DNA of 64,000 nucleotides from Candidatus Woesearchaeota archaeon (GTDB lineage: Archaea; Nanobdellota; Nanobdellia; Woesearchaeales; JABGXB01). Under the pieces are notes generated by a model. It was not told where the DNA came from, ran no database searches, and worked only from the letters and a program-made list of their open reading frames with translations. Made by a program: the position numbers and the translations under genes. Below are positions 28,743 through 38,576 of this stretch, piece by piece (the first letter of the stretch is position 1; the number at the start of each line of letters is the position of its first letter). The stretch is from assembly GCA_018675975.1 (NCBI GenBank), contig JABGXB010000003.1:2181-66180 (forward strand), given 5' to 3'.

Positions 28743-29492
28743 TTATCTGTATTCTGGATTTTTAAAATCAAATCTACATCCTGCATCCCACTTACTTCTT
28801 TGATTTCCGTGAGCAGGTATTCCTTTATTATCTTTTAACATTCTTGCTAAATGCATTAAGTTCCATGTCATGAATGTTGTATTTCGATTTGTAAAATCAT
28901 TTTCTGGACCACCACTACCTTTATCTAAATAACTTGGACCAGGACCAACTCCACCTAACCATGCAGCATCTGCTTGTGGTGGAATTACATATCCTAAATG
29001 TTGTAAAGAATATAAAATATTCATAGCACAATGTTTTGCCCCATCTTCATTTCCAGTAATTAAACATCCACCTACTCGTCCATAATAAGCATATTGTCCT
29101 TCTTTATTTAAGAGTCCACTATTTCCATATAATCTTTCTATTACTTTTGTACATATACTAGTTTTTTCACCTAACCAAATTGAACTTGTAAGAATTAAAA
29201 TATCTGCTTTTATAATGTTTTCAAATAATTTTGGCCATTCATCTTTTTTCCAACCATGTTCTTTCATGTCAGGCCAAACACCTGGTGCAATATCATGATC
29301 AACTGCACGAATCTCTTCAACAGAAATTCCATTTTTTTCCATGATAGCACGTGAAATTTCAACAAGCCCATCAGTATGACTTTTTTCTGGACTTTTTTTT
29401 AATGTACAATTAATAAATACTGCTTTAAGATCAGAATAATCAGTTTTTGAATTTTTACACATTTCTAATTGTTTTTTATTTAAATTTACCAT
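28743..29492 (-). CDS. Flavodoxin-like fold NAD(P)H-dependent FMN reductase family protein
   Basis: FINCTLKKSPEKSHT (FMN phosphate loop region) and ADILILTSSIWLGE. Visibly higher G+C than the flanks. Confidence 0.65.
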   Translation of the reverse strand: MVNLNKKQLEMCKNSKTDYSDLKAVFINCTLKKSPEKSHTDGLVEISRAIMEKNGISVEEIRAVDHDIAPGVWPDMKEHGWKKDEWPKLFENIIKADILILTSSIWLGEKTSICTKVIERLYGNSGLLNKEGQYAYYGRVGGCLITGNEDGAKHCAMNILYSLQHLGYVIPPQADAAWLGGVGPGPSYLDKGSGGPENDFTNRNTTFMTWNLMHLARMLKDNKGIPAHGNQRSKWDAGCRFDFKNPEYR

Positions 29493-29526
29493 AAAAAAAA
29501 ATTAGTTCATGAGCTTATATGTTTTT

Positions 29527-30096
29527 TTATTTTTTTTCTAAATATATTCGAGATACATAAAGTGCACTTGAACCACTTAATACTGCCATACCTGAAGTTA
29601 CCAAATGCATAAAGTTCATATAGTACATTTCATTTCCACTTATTATTCCTTGAGCTAAATCTACACCTGATGTTACTAAAAATATACTTGCGAATACACT
29701 ACAAAGAACATTAATAGATGCCATTTCATTTCTAATGCTATTTGAACTTAATATTTCATTTTCTAAAGAAAACTCTTGATCTTTTTTTCTATTATGTGTT
29801 CTTACAGCTAAACCTGCAAGAACTCCAGAACAAATTCCAGTTACTATATCCAATGAACCATCATATGTTGCATTAAATCCGAATCCTATTGCTCCACCTA
29901 AGTATAATAGTGACTCTAAATCATCTTTTTTATATTTAGTATTCTCTTCCCATTTTTGGGCTAATTTTTTATAAGTTAAACCTAGACAGTTGTCTGTCAA
30001 TTCTAATAAATTCTCTTTTCTAGGATTAATTTTATCATATAATTTATTATAAGTATTTTTTAAATACGATATAAAGGATTTATTATCATTTGACAT
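29527..30096 (-). CDS. Membrane protein, unknown function
   Basis: 189 aa with a soluble N-terminus followed by about 4 Gly-rich hydrophobic segments. Confidence 0.5.
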   Translation of the reverse strand: MSNDNKSFISYLKNTYNKLYDKINPRKENLLELTDNCLGLTYKKLAQKWEENTKYKKDDLESLLYLGGAIGFGFNATYDGSLDIVTGICSGVLAGLAVRTHNRKKDQEFSLENEILSSNSIRNEMASINVLCSVFASIFLVTSGVDLAQGIISGNEMYYMNFMHLVTSGMAVLSGSSALYVSRIYLEKK

Positions 30097-30176
30097 AATT
30101 AGAATGTTTTGATTTCTTTTATAAAAATTTATATGAATTAATTGGTTTTATATAATAGTTTTATATAATTCTTAAA

Positions 30177-30488
30177 ATGTTCATATTTATGGATTTTAAT
30201 CAAAAATGTTATGATCTTCTTATATTAATTCCAAAGGGAAAGGTTACGACATATAAAGAAATTGCAAGGGCTTTAAATTCTAAAGCTTATAGAGCAGTTG
30301 GAAATGCAATGAATAAAAATGAGAATGCACCAAAAGTTCCATGTCATAGAGTAGTTGGTAGTAATGGAAACTTAGTTGGTTATGCATATGGAATTGAAAA
30401 TAAAATTAAGTTATTGGAAAAAGAAGGAGTTAAAATAATTAATAATAAAATTGATTTGAAAAAGTATTTTTTTAGTTTTAATAAGTAA
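30177..30488 (+). CDS. ogt: Methylated-DNA-protein-cysteine methyltransferase, single-domain (C-terminal DNA-binding/active-site domain only)
   Basis: PCHRVV active-site motif and an upstream helix-turn-helix TTYKEIARAL. The alternative start is MDFNQ at 30189. Confidence 0.8.
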   Translation: MFIFMDFNQKCYDLLILIPKGKVTTYKEIARALNSKAYRAVGNAMNKNENAPKVPCHRVVGSNGNLVGYAYGIENKIKLLEKEGVKIINNKIDLKKYFFSFNK

Positions 30489-30519
30489 ATTTTTTAAACT
30501 TGAATTTTTAAAATAAATT

Positions 30520-31371
30520 ATGGAATGGACTCTATTGATTATACTTTCAGCAATTTTAGTTTCTATAAGTGATATAGTTAGAAAAAAAAAATCAAAAGAT
30601 ATTAAATCCTATCATTTACTTTTTTATACAATAGCTTTTGCAGTATTTTTCTTTTTGATTCTATTTCATGATAAATTAATTTACCAATTTCCAATTAATC
30701 TTTGGATATTATTTATTTTTAAAGGTTTATTATTGACTATTGCTGGTATATTAATGTTTCAAGCAATAAAACAATTTGAATTGTCATATATTAGTCCAAT
30801 GCGAAATTTGAGTATAATTGCTACAATCATATTAAGTTATTTTATTCTTAGTGAATCAATTACAATTAAACAAGGATTTGGAATTTTTATATTAATTATA
30901 TCTTCTTATTTAATGGAATTAGATCCAGCTACACATAAATTTGAAGGTTTTAAAAACGGTTTTTATTTAATTTTTGCATGGTTTTTTTTTGTTGCTTTAC
31001 TTCCAATCATAGATAAATATTTATTAACACAACTTTCAATATACAATGCTTGGTTTTTTCCAATGGTAATTACTTTAATAGCTTTGATTTTAATCATTTT
31101 TATTCAAAAAGAATTTAGTATAATAAAACATTCACTAAAAAAAAATTGGATGATATTTTCAACATTAGGGGGATTATTTTTATTTGATACTTTTTTATGG
31201 TTTACAGCAATTGCAAAACCAAATGCTTTAATTTCATTGGCAATTCCATTAAGAAGGACTTCTAATTTTTTTAATACAATTTTTGGTGGGAGAATATTTC
31301 ATGAAAAACATTTAGTATATAGAGGATTAATATGTTTTTTAATGATAATAGGAATATTTTTAATTATTTAG
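30520..31371 (+). CDS. EamA/DMT-superfamily transporter
   Basis: 283 aa, about 10 TM in two similar halves. Confidence 0.55.
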   Translation: MEWTLLIILSAILVSISDIVRKKKSKDIKSYHLLFYTIAFAVFFFLILFHDKLIYQFPINLWILFIFKGLLLTIAGILMFQAIKQFELSYISPMRNLSIIATIILSYFILSESITIKQGFGIFILIISSYLMELDPATHKFEGFKNGFYLIFAWFFFVALLPIIDKYLLTQLSIYNAWFFPMVITLIALILIIFIQKEFSIIKHSLKKNWMIFSTLGGLFLFDTFLWFTAIAKPNALISLAIPLRRTSNFFNTIFGGRIFHEKHLVYRGLICFLMIIGIFLII

Positions 31372-31845
31372 AAATTGTTCTATTTTTTGTCTTAAATTAT
31401 TTACATAATCAAGATTCGATATTTCTTCACCATAATTTTGTGGTTCAATTATAATACATAATTTTTGTTTAGTAATATAAATTTCAATACTAAGGTGCAA
31501 ATTATTTTTTAGATTAGCATTTATTGACCTTGGGCCTAAAACTATACTAGATAATCCTAATTTTTCTAATTTTTTAAATTCAGTTAATAATATATTTTCA
31601 ATTTGAATATATTTATTATAAATTTCATTTAATTTTAAAATACTAATTTGATATTTATTTGCAAATCCTTTAATTAAAGACAATTCATGTTTCCAATAAT
31701 AATCATTTTTTTCTATTAAAGATTGAATTAATTGTGCATCGGATATTTCTCTAATATTAGATTTAATTTGATATATAATTCTTAATGATTCATCTTTTAA
31801 TAGTTCATGAAAATTAGCATAATCTAATATTTGATCTTTTATCAT
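31360..31845 (-). CDS. Hypothetical protein
   Basis: ORF track only. No motifs. Confidence 0.45.
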   Translation of the reverse strand: MIKDQILDYANFHELLKDESLRIIYQIKSNIREISDAQLIQSLIEKNDYYWKHELSLIKGFANKYQISILKLNEIYNKYIQIENILLTEFKKLEKLGLSSIVLGPRSINANLKNNLHLSIEIYITKQKLCIIIEPQNYGEEISNLDYVNNLRQKIEQFLNN

Positions 31846-31885
31846 AATTTTATGAATAAAAATTAATATTTAAAGATTATTGTAT

Positions 31886-32713
31886 TTAATGATTATTAGA
31901 ATATGTAGTCCTACCGTTTGTATTCCCATGAGTTTGTGAAGTTTCTTGTGCTTTATTTTCTTCTTGTTTTTTTAATTCATCATGTTGTTTTTTACTTATT
32001 TTTTCAAGAATACCTTCTTTCTTTTTTTCAGGGTGATAAAATAATAAATCATCATCATATGGACTATTATATGGACTTGTCATACTATTTGCTAAATTTT
32101 TATCTTGAGCTCTAAGTGATGGTGTTATGGTATCATTAGCAGATTCTCTTATAATATCATTATTATTGGTTTGAGTAGGTGTAGATTGACTTGTATCGTG
32201 CATTAATAAATATCCAAATATGAATAATAGTAAGATTCCAAATGCAGAATTGAAGAAAAAATCTGAAATAGTATTTAATGGAATTATTCTAAATAAATCT
32301 AATGCAAAATAGAAAATAGTTGTAATAATTAATAATGGTATAAATATAAATAATTTAGAATTTCTTAATCTCTCATAATATTTGTGTGAAGAAAAATTAA
32401 ATACTAATACAAACATAAATGCCATAATTGTACTAAGTGCTAATAATGATATTACTTTTAATAAAATTAAAGAATGAACAACACTAGAAATAAAAATAAA
32501 TGCAATTGAAAATGATATTATTGTATTAATTTTTTTATAATATTCTAACTTTTTCTTTTTTTCTTTACCTTCTAAATTATCAGCATTTCCAAATACTTGA
32601 GAATGGTTTAATGAATAAAAAGTAAACATATAAATTATAATAAAAGGAAGGATTATATCTAATAAACCCATATTTACTAAAAATTCTAATGCATTAACAA
32701 AAATCTGTGCCAT
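31886..32713 (-). CDS. Membrane protein with a polar, low-complexity C-terminal tail
   Basis: About 5 TM segments, then an S/T/N/D/K-rich tail. Confidence 0.55.
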   Translation of the reverse strand: MAQIFVNALEFLVNMGLLDIILPFIIIYMFTFYSLNHSQVFGNADNLEGKEKKKKLEYYKKINTIISFSIAFIFISSVVHSLILLKVISLLALSTIMAFMFVLVFNFSSHKYYERLRNSKLFIFIPLLIITTIFYFALDLFRIIPLNTISDFFFNSAFGILLLFIFGYLLMHDTSQSTPTQTNNNDIIRESANDTITPSLRAQDKNLANSMTSPYNSPYDDDLLFYHPEKKKEGILEKISKKQHDELKKQEENKAQETSQTHGNTNGRTTYSNNH

Positions 32714-32811
32714 ATAATATTTTAGTTATTTGATTTTATAAATTTAGAGTTAATTTTGAGTATATAACCAAAAATAATTAATATTATAAGTTTTAATTTT
32801 TCTATGGTGTT

Positions 32812-33423
32812 ATGAAAAAAATAGAAAAACTATATTTTAAAAACTTTTTAGAAGAAAAAATGTTTAGAAAAATTACGGGCCAACATATTAATCCTTATGA
32901 TCCTGAAGGTAAAGATCAATTAGCTTTTGGAAGCCAAATATGGGGACAACTTAATGAAAATTATTTAGATTCTGATATTCGTGGATTAATTAAAACAATA
33001 AATGAATTAGATTTTTTATATACAAAAGGAATGTCTTGTTCTGGAAGTATTAAAGATCACTTTGGTTTCACTTCTGGATTTCTTGAAAAACCTCTTGATT
33101 GTGGTGAGTATATAAATGCTTTAAATGAGTATGGTATTGATAAGTCTGGATTTCAAGGTTATATTATGTTAAGGGCCGATACTAATAATCCAAAATTTTT
33201 AAAATTTGAAAAGGGTTTAAAATTGTTTAGAAAAACTGAGTTAAATCAATCTTCATTAGAAGATGATGATAATAAAATTCAAATGCAAGAAGGTATTAAA
33301 AATTTAGCATTACAAGTATGGGTTCCAAAAGAAATTTATAATAATTCACTTCATCTTCAATATAGAACTTATATGAGTGATATATGGATGAAAATTCATA
33401 ATTTTACTAAAACTTTTTTATGA
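32812..33423 (+). CDS. Hypothetical protein
   Basis: 203-aa ORF with non-repetitive composition. TGA stop. Confidence 0.5.
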   Translation: MKKIEKLYFKNFLEEKMFRKITGQHINPYDPEGKDQLAFGSQIWGQLNENYLDSDIRGLIKTINELDFLYTKGMSCSGSIKDHFGFTSGFLEKPLDCGEYINALNEYGIDKSGFQGYIMLRADTNNPKFLKFEKGLKLFRKTELNQSSLEDDDNKIQMQEGIKNLALQVWVPKEIYNNSLHLQYRTYMSDIWMKIHNFTKTFL

Positions 33424-33463
33424 ATAGCAAAATATTATAAATCAAAATATACAAAAAATTAAT

Positions 33464-34174
33464 ATGGAATTTAAATTAAATAAAAAAATTATAAATCCTA
33501 TAATTATACAAGGATTTCCTGGATTTGGCTTAGTTGGGTCAGTTGCAACTGAATATTTAATTGAATTTTTAAAAGCAGAATATGTAGGTAGATTTTGTTC
33601 TGAAAAATTACCACCTGTAGCTGCGGTTCATAATAATTCAATTGTAATGCCACTTGGTATTTATTATTCAAAAAAATATAATTTATTAATAGTACATGGA
33701 GTTTCAGGTGTGCAAGGTCTGGAATGGGAAATTGCAAAAACTATAATTGATCTTTCAGTTAAAACAAAAGCAAAAGAAATAATTGCATTAGAATCTGTTG
33801 GTTCACAAGATTCAAAATCTAATACTATGTATTATTTTTCTAATGTAAAAACAAGTATTAAAAAATTTGAATCATTAAAATTGAGTAATTTAAAAGAAGG
33901 AGTAATAATGGGTGTGACTGGAACATTAATGGTAGAATCTAGAATGAAACCTAATTTTTCAGCTATCTTTGCTGAAACTCATACACAATTACCTGATTCA
34001 ATGGCTGCAAGTAAAGTTTTAGAAGTATTAAATAATTATTTAAAATTAAAAATGAATTTATCTAAATTAAAACAAGCAGCTCAAAAATTTGAAGATAAAT
34101 TAAAAGGTTTAATTTCAGCACAAGCACAAACATTCGAACAGTCAGATGAAAAACATTTATCTTATATGGGTTAA
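33464..34174 (+). CDS. PAC2-family (proteasome assembly chaperone 2-like, COG1938) protein
   Basis: The N-terminal IIQGFPGFGLVGSVATEYL is the signature strand-loop of PAC2/PbaA-type proteins. 236 aa. Confidence 0.7.
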   Translation: MEFKLNKKIINPIIIQGFPGFGLVGSVATEYLIEFLKAEYVGRFCSEKLPPVAAVHNNSIVMPLGIYYSKKYNLLIVHGVSGVQGLEWEIAKTIIDLSVKTKAKEIIALESVGSQDSKSNTMYYFSNVKTSIKKFESLKLSNLKEGVIMGVTGTLMVESRMKPNFSAIFAETHTQLPDSMAASKVLEVLNNYLKLKMNLSKLKQAAQKFEDKLKGLISAQAQTFEQSDEKHLSYMG

Positions 34175-34180
34175 TTATTA

Positions 34181-37100
34181 TTAAGCAGCTAATTGATATT
34201 CTTCATCAGGTTTTTCAGATAAATCATCTAATTTTCTTTTAGCATCAAATTTAATATATTCGGAATAGTCTAATTGTAATTGTTTAATTTCTGCAAATAA
34301 ATTTTCCCTTTTTGTACTTATACCATTAGTAAAATCTTTTATTTGTTCATATGATTTTGGTGTCGTTGATGTTTTTATTTCTTCAAGTGTCATTAATTGA
34401 GATTCTAAATGACTTTTGTATTCTTGTTTTGAATTAAATCCATTTTTTTTATAATCCTCTAACCATGCAATACTATGAATATCTCTCATATGGAATCGGT
34501 TTAATATTTCATCTTTTTCTTTTTCGGATTGTGCGCTTTTATATAATCCATATGCTTCTTCAAAATTATTATAAAAGAAAACAGATGGAACTTTTTCTCT
34601 TTGATATCTATTTACAAAATTTCCAAGTCCATCGGTATAATTTAAGTCAATATTACTCTCCATTGCACCGCTCTCTGAATCAATTCCAAATATTTTGGGT
34701 TTGGGTGCAGTTGTCGTTCCAATATCTACTTTTTCTCCATTAAAATAATGTAATTCATTATGATCAGTGTGAATGTGTCCTGCTAATTGAGTTATAGTTC
34801 CACCATTTTTAGTAAAGTCATCTTCAATTGAAGAATGACCCGCTGTACTCATCCAAGGTGATAATGGTCTGTCATAGAAATTTTCTAATAATTTCATTTT
34901 ATTCTTTTTACCAATTGTTGCTGGATTGTGAATTGCATGAACAAAGTGACCTTCTTTATCATGTTCACTAAATACACCTTCTAATCTTTTTCTATCTGGA
35001 TCAAAACCAGAATAACTTGCACCTAAATTATGTAATTCAAATAATGCCATTAATTTTTCTTGTCCCTCTAATGTTTCAAGTTTTTCAAATAGTTCTGGAT
35101 ATCTTTCATTTAGTAAATCAACTTTATCTGAATCCTGTTGTGGTGCAGCCATATGATTATTACCATCAATTGGAAGGCTAGTATTTATCCCAAAATTTCC
35201 ACCACCAACTATTTTTAATGATTTCCCATTTTTTTTTAAAATGTGAGCTGGAATTTTATCTAGATTAACTACATGAGATAAATATTGATCTACAATTGTT
35301 GAATCATGATTACCTAATGTCAATAAACTTTCAATTTGATATTCATTGAATACTTTTTTTGCAATTTCATTAAGTTTTTTTGCAATTAATGCTTGTTGAG
35401 AGTTTTGTTTAAATTTAATTAAATCTACCAAATTTAATTTACGTTCTTTTAAACCCTCATGATTTTCATTTATTTTTTCAATTTGATTATAATGAAATTC
35501 AAGTTCATTAATTTTTATTTCTAAAGCATCATATAATCCTTCAGTTTGTTCTGGGAATTTTTGTTTAATTTTTGCTAACTCAACATTTCTATAAGGTTGT
35601 TTAGGATTATTTTTTTCAAATAATACTCTTAATTTTTCATTAAATGTTTGTGAATAAAGTTTTTCATATTCACTTGGTTGGAAGTTTTTTTCTTTTGCAT
35701 CTTCAATTGATTTCATAATTTGTTTATGTTCTTTCAAATTAAATTTTCCAAATCCAAATTCATGTTGATAAATGGAATTAATTATTTGTTCTGATTCAAT
35801 ATATTTTTTATAATGATTAAATAATGATTTTGCATCTCCACTCATTAATTCTTTATTAACATAATTTTCTCCCATGATTGCAAATGTTTCATCCAATGTA
35901 TTTTTTACTAAATGATCTAATAATAATTTACCTTCTGTAAAATCCCCATTAAAAACAATTGCATCAATATTAACTCCATCTTTAATTGCTGGTTTTATTA
36001 TATCTTCAATTAATCCATCTAAAATATCAAATCTAATTTCTCTACTTGTTCGATTTACTTTTTTTGAACCATCCTTATATTCTCCAACAACTTCAAAATG
36101 TGATTCTTGATATAAGTGAATATCTGATAATTGTAATATATTAAAAGTATTTTCTGCTCTATGATCTACTCTTTCAGGTCTAATACCTTTTTTTACTGTA
36201 TCTTCAACATGATATTTTCTTAAATGAGTAGAACCATTATTTTTTAATTCTCTTTCAAAATCCCATATAACTTTATCCCAAATTGAATATTTATCATCTC
36301 TGTTTTTTAAGTCAACTAATGCTAATTGTAATTCAATATTAAATTTTTCATCAAAAGCTTTAGGATCTTTATTATACTCTTCTAACGTTTCTTCAAAACT
36401 TTTTCCATTTAAATGATATCTTGATAATTTATTTTTTAATTTTATTTTTTCTTTTTTTTCTTTATCTAAAGTTTTAAATAATTTATTATAGATAAAATCA
36501 ATTTTTGATGCTCTTTTAATTTCAGAATCTTCGTTTTCAATTTCATCTAATAATGAAATTAAATTTTTATCATCTACACCAATAATATTTCTTAAATCAT
36601 CTAATTTGTAAAAAGTTCCACTAATTAAATCATTAATTTTTTGTTTTTCTAAAAAATCAATTCGTGAATCACTAAGTGTATCTTCATCTAAGTTAATATT
36701 ACCTTCATATTGAACAAGTTTTTCAATATCATGTGGTTGTTGTCTAATATGAGATATAATGTATTTTAATTTTTCATTATCACTTTCTAGATTTGTATAA
36801 ATACTTTTTAATATATTTTCAAAACTTTTTTTATTAAGTTCACTAATTGAATCTTCAAATGTACTTCTTCCATATAATTCAATTATTAAATTTTTATATT
36901 TTATTTCTTTTGCCTTTTCACTATTAGTTTCAGATGATGGAAGTCTTTTTAATTGAGAATATGTTGTAATCATTGCACTTTCATAAGCATCTTTTAATGA
37001 CTGTTTTGGAACATAAGTTTCATTTTCAATAAGTTCTAATAATGACTTATTTTCTTCTATTATTTGATTATTAGCATATAATTGTTCTAAATGTATTCCT

Positions 37101-37858
37101 GGTGTTGTTTCAATATTTTCTTTTGTTATTTGTTCTAATTCTTTTTCTTTTTGTTCATTTAATTCTTTTTTAATTTGTTTTAATTTTTTATTTTTAACTT
37201 TATCAGTTGATTCAATTTCATTAGTCTCTGGATTAATTGATAAACCCTCATTAGAACCTTCTAATTCTTGATCTAATATTTTTATATAATCATTTTTGAA
37301 TTTATTTTCTATTTTTTTTTTATTTTCTTCAACTAAAAGATCAATAAAATCTCCATGATTATAAGTTCCTAATTTTTCTAAATAATCTGCATCAAGTTCA
37401 TTTTTTTGCATTTGAGAAACATTTTTGGTTTGTTCATATTCAATTTTTTCTCCTATTAATTGTGGATTAGTTTGACTTAATTGATTTTGATCTTCTGGAG
37501 ATAGTTGATCAAATAAATCTAAAATATTATATCTAAAGGGTTCTTGATTTGAACCTATTCTTTGTTCATTGTCAATTTTATGTCCTTCAATAAGTTCCTC
37601 TAGTTTAGAATTTCCAATTGGCTGATTAAAAGTTGAAATATCATAAGAATCCGAAAATGATTCTAATAGCTCTTTATTTGTTTTGTATGGTCTTTTAACA
37701 ATTTCATCTAATTCTTTTAATTCTTCTTCACTAAATTGTTTTTTTTGATTATTTTCAGTTTTTAAATTTCTTAATTTTTGAGTTTCTTCTTGGGTTAATT
37801 GCCCAGACTGTAGTCTAGTTAAAAAATCTTCATTATATAGCCAATCGTAATTTTCCAT
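34181..37858 (-). CDS. Giant (1225 aa) coiled-coil protein containing a split calcineurin-like metallophosphoesterase domain
   Basis: Motif I ILQLSDIHL, II VFNGDFTEG, III LTLGNHDS, V LAGHIHTDH. The first 550 aa or so, and a long insert between motifs II and III, are E/K/L/N-rich helical sequence. No signal peptide and no P-loop. Confidence 0.75.
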   Translation of the reverse strand: MENYDWLYNEDFLTRLQSGQLTQEETQKLRNLKTENNQKKQFSEEELKELDEIVKRPYKTNKELLESFSDSYDISTFNQPIGNSKLEELIEGHKIDNEQRIGSNQEPFRYNILDLFDQLSPEDQNQLSQTNPQLIGEKIEYEQTKNVSQMQKNELDADYLEKLGTYNHGDFIDLLVEENKKKIENKFKNDYIKILDQELEGSNEGLSINPETNEIESTDKVKNKKLKQIKKELNEQKEKELEQITKENIETTPGIHLEQLYANNQIIEENKSLLELIENETYVPKQSLKDAYESAMITTYSQLKRLPSSETNSEKAKEIKYKNLIIELYGRSTFEDSISELNKKSFENILKSIYTNLESDNEKLKYIISHIRQQPHDIEKLVQYEGNINLDEDTLSDSRIDFLEKQKINDLISGTFYKLDDLRNIIGVDDKNLISLLDEIENEDSEIKRASKIDFIYNKLFKTLDKEKKEKIKLKNKLSRYHLNGKSFEETLEEYNKDPKAFDEKFNIELQLALVDLKNRDDKYSIWDKVIWDFERELKNNGSTHLRKYHVEDTVKKGIRPERVDHRAENTFNILQLSDIHLYQESHFEVVGEYKDGSKKVNRTSREIRFDILDGLIEDIIKPAIKDGVNIDAIVFNGDFTEGKLLLDHLVKNTLDETFAIMGENYVNKELMSGDAKSLFNHYKKYIESEQIINSIYQHEFGFGKFNLKEHKQIMKSIEDAKEKNFQPSEYEKLYSQTFNEKLRVLFEKNNPKQPYRNVELAKIKQKFPEQTEGLYDALEIKINELEFHYNQIEKINENHEGLKERKLNLVDLIKFKQNSQQALIAKKLNEIAKKVFNEYQIESLLTLGNHDSTIVDQYLSHVVNLDKIPAHILKKNGKSLKIVGGGNFGINTSLPIDGNNHMAAPQQDSDKVDLLNERYPELFEKLETLEGQEKLMALFELHNLGASYSGFDPDRKRLEGVFSEHDKEGHFVHAIHNPATIGKKNKMKLLENFYDRPLSPWMSTAGHSSIEDDFTKNGGTITQLAGHIHTDHNELHYFNGEKVDIGTTTAPKPKIFGIDSESGAMESNIDLNYTDGLGNFVNRYQREKVPSVFFYNNFEEAYGLYKSAQSEKEKDEILNRFHMRDIHSIAWLEDYKKNGFNSKQEYKSHLESQLMTLEEIKTSTTPKSYEQIKDFTNGISTKRENLFAEIKQLQLDYSEYIKFDAKRKLDDLSEKPDEEYQLAA

Positions 37859-37961
37859 TTTAAACTGAGACTTTTTCCTCTATTAAGATTTAAAACACGC
37901 TCATGATATATATAGAATTAAACAAAATAATACTATAGTTTGTGACAATTTAATCACCTCG

Positions 37962-37979
37962 TTTAGTTTATAAACTAAA
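37962..37979. promoter_or_regulatory. Perfect 18-bp palindrome centred on a TATA box (TTTAGTTTATAAACTAAA) in the divergent intergenic region
   Basis: Read directly from the sequence; it is its own reverse complement. It lies between the divergent starts at 37858 (-) and 38109 (+). Confidence 0.45.
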
Positions 37980-38108
37980 TTTTCAATTTTTTTCTTTTTA
38001 TATTTACAATAAAAATTTGTTTTATTGATGACAATGTCACAAATTAACGTGTTTAATAATATTCTTTGTTTATAAATTAATTTTCTCTTTTTTAATTAGT
38101 TGATATAA

Positions 38109-38576
38109 ATGTCATGTGGAAAAACAGTATACTCATTGATTGAACCAGCAAGCTATATCCCGAGACCCATGGGAATAGTTTACGGTCCAACTCATTCTGG
38201 ACCTTATAGAATTGCTAATCCTGGTGATTTTTCTGATATTGGTTCAACAGAGCCAGCAGGATTAAGATATAATTCTAATGAAACTAAGAAAATTGAAGAT
38301 ACTGATGATAAAAGAGAAACAATAAACAAAAGTACATTAAATTCATTTTTAGATAAATATAAATTACAAAATCAATTAGAAAAAAAAGATTATAAAAATA
38401 GTAATTATAAAAAATTAATAGATAATTTACCATATCAACTTGTAAAATCAGATAGTTTAGAAGGGAAAATAATAAATAATTTTTTATCTAAATTAGATAT
38501 TAATAAATTAAAAGAAACACAAGAATTAATTGCATTGGCAAAAATAGATGGAACTGTGGAGTATAAAACAATATGA
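38109..38576 (+). CDS. Hypothetical protein: Pro/Gly/aromatic-rich N-terminal 55 aa plus K/N-rich helical C-terminal half
   Basis: 155-aa ORF. Its stop overlaps the next start (ATGA at 38573-38576). Confidence 0.55.
   Translation: MSCGKTVYSLIEPASYIPRPMGIVYGPTHSGPYRIANPGDFSDIGSTEPAGLRYNSNETKKIEDTDDKRETINKSTLNSFLDKYKLQNQLEKKDYKNSNYKKLIDNLPYQLVKSDSLEGKIINNFLSKLDINKLKETQELIALAKIDGTVEYKTI

Noticed and set aside
38020-38045. TGATGA (a C-box-like sequence) in the 37859-38108 spacer suggested a C/D-box sRNA.
   Set aside because: There is no D box (CTGA) at a suitable distance downstream, no C'/D' pair and no terminal stem. The sequence is better explained as part of the TGACAATGTCA palindrome.
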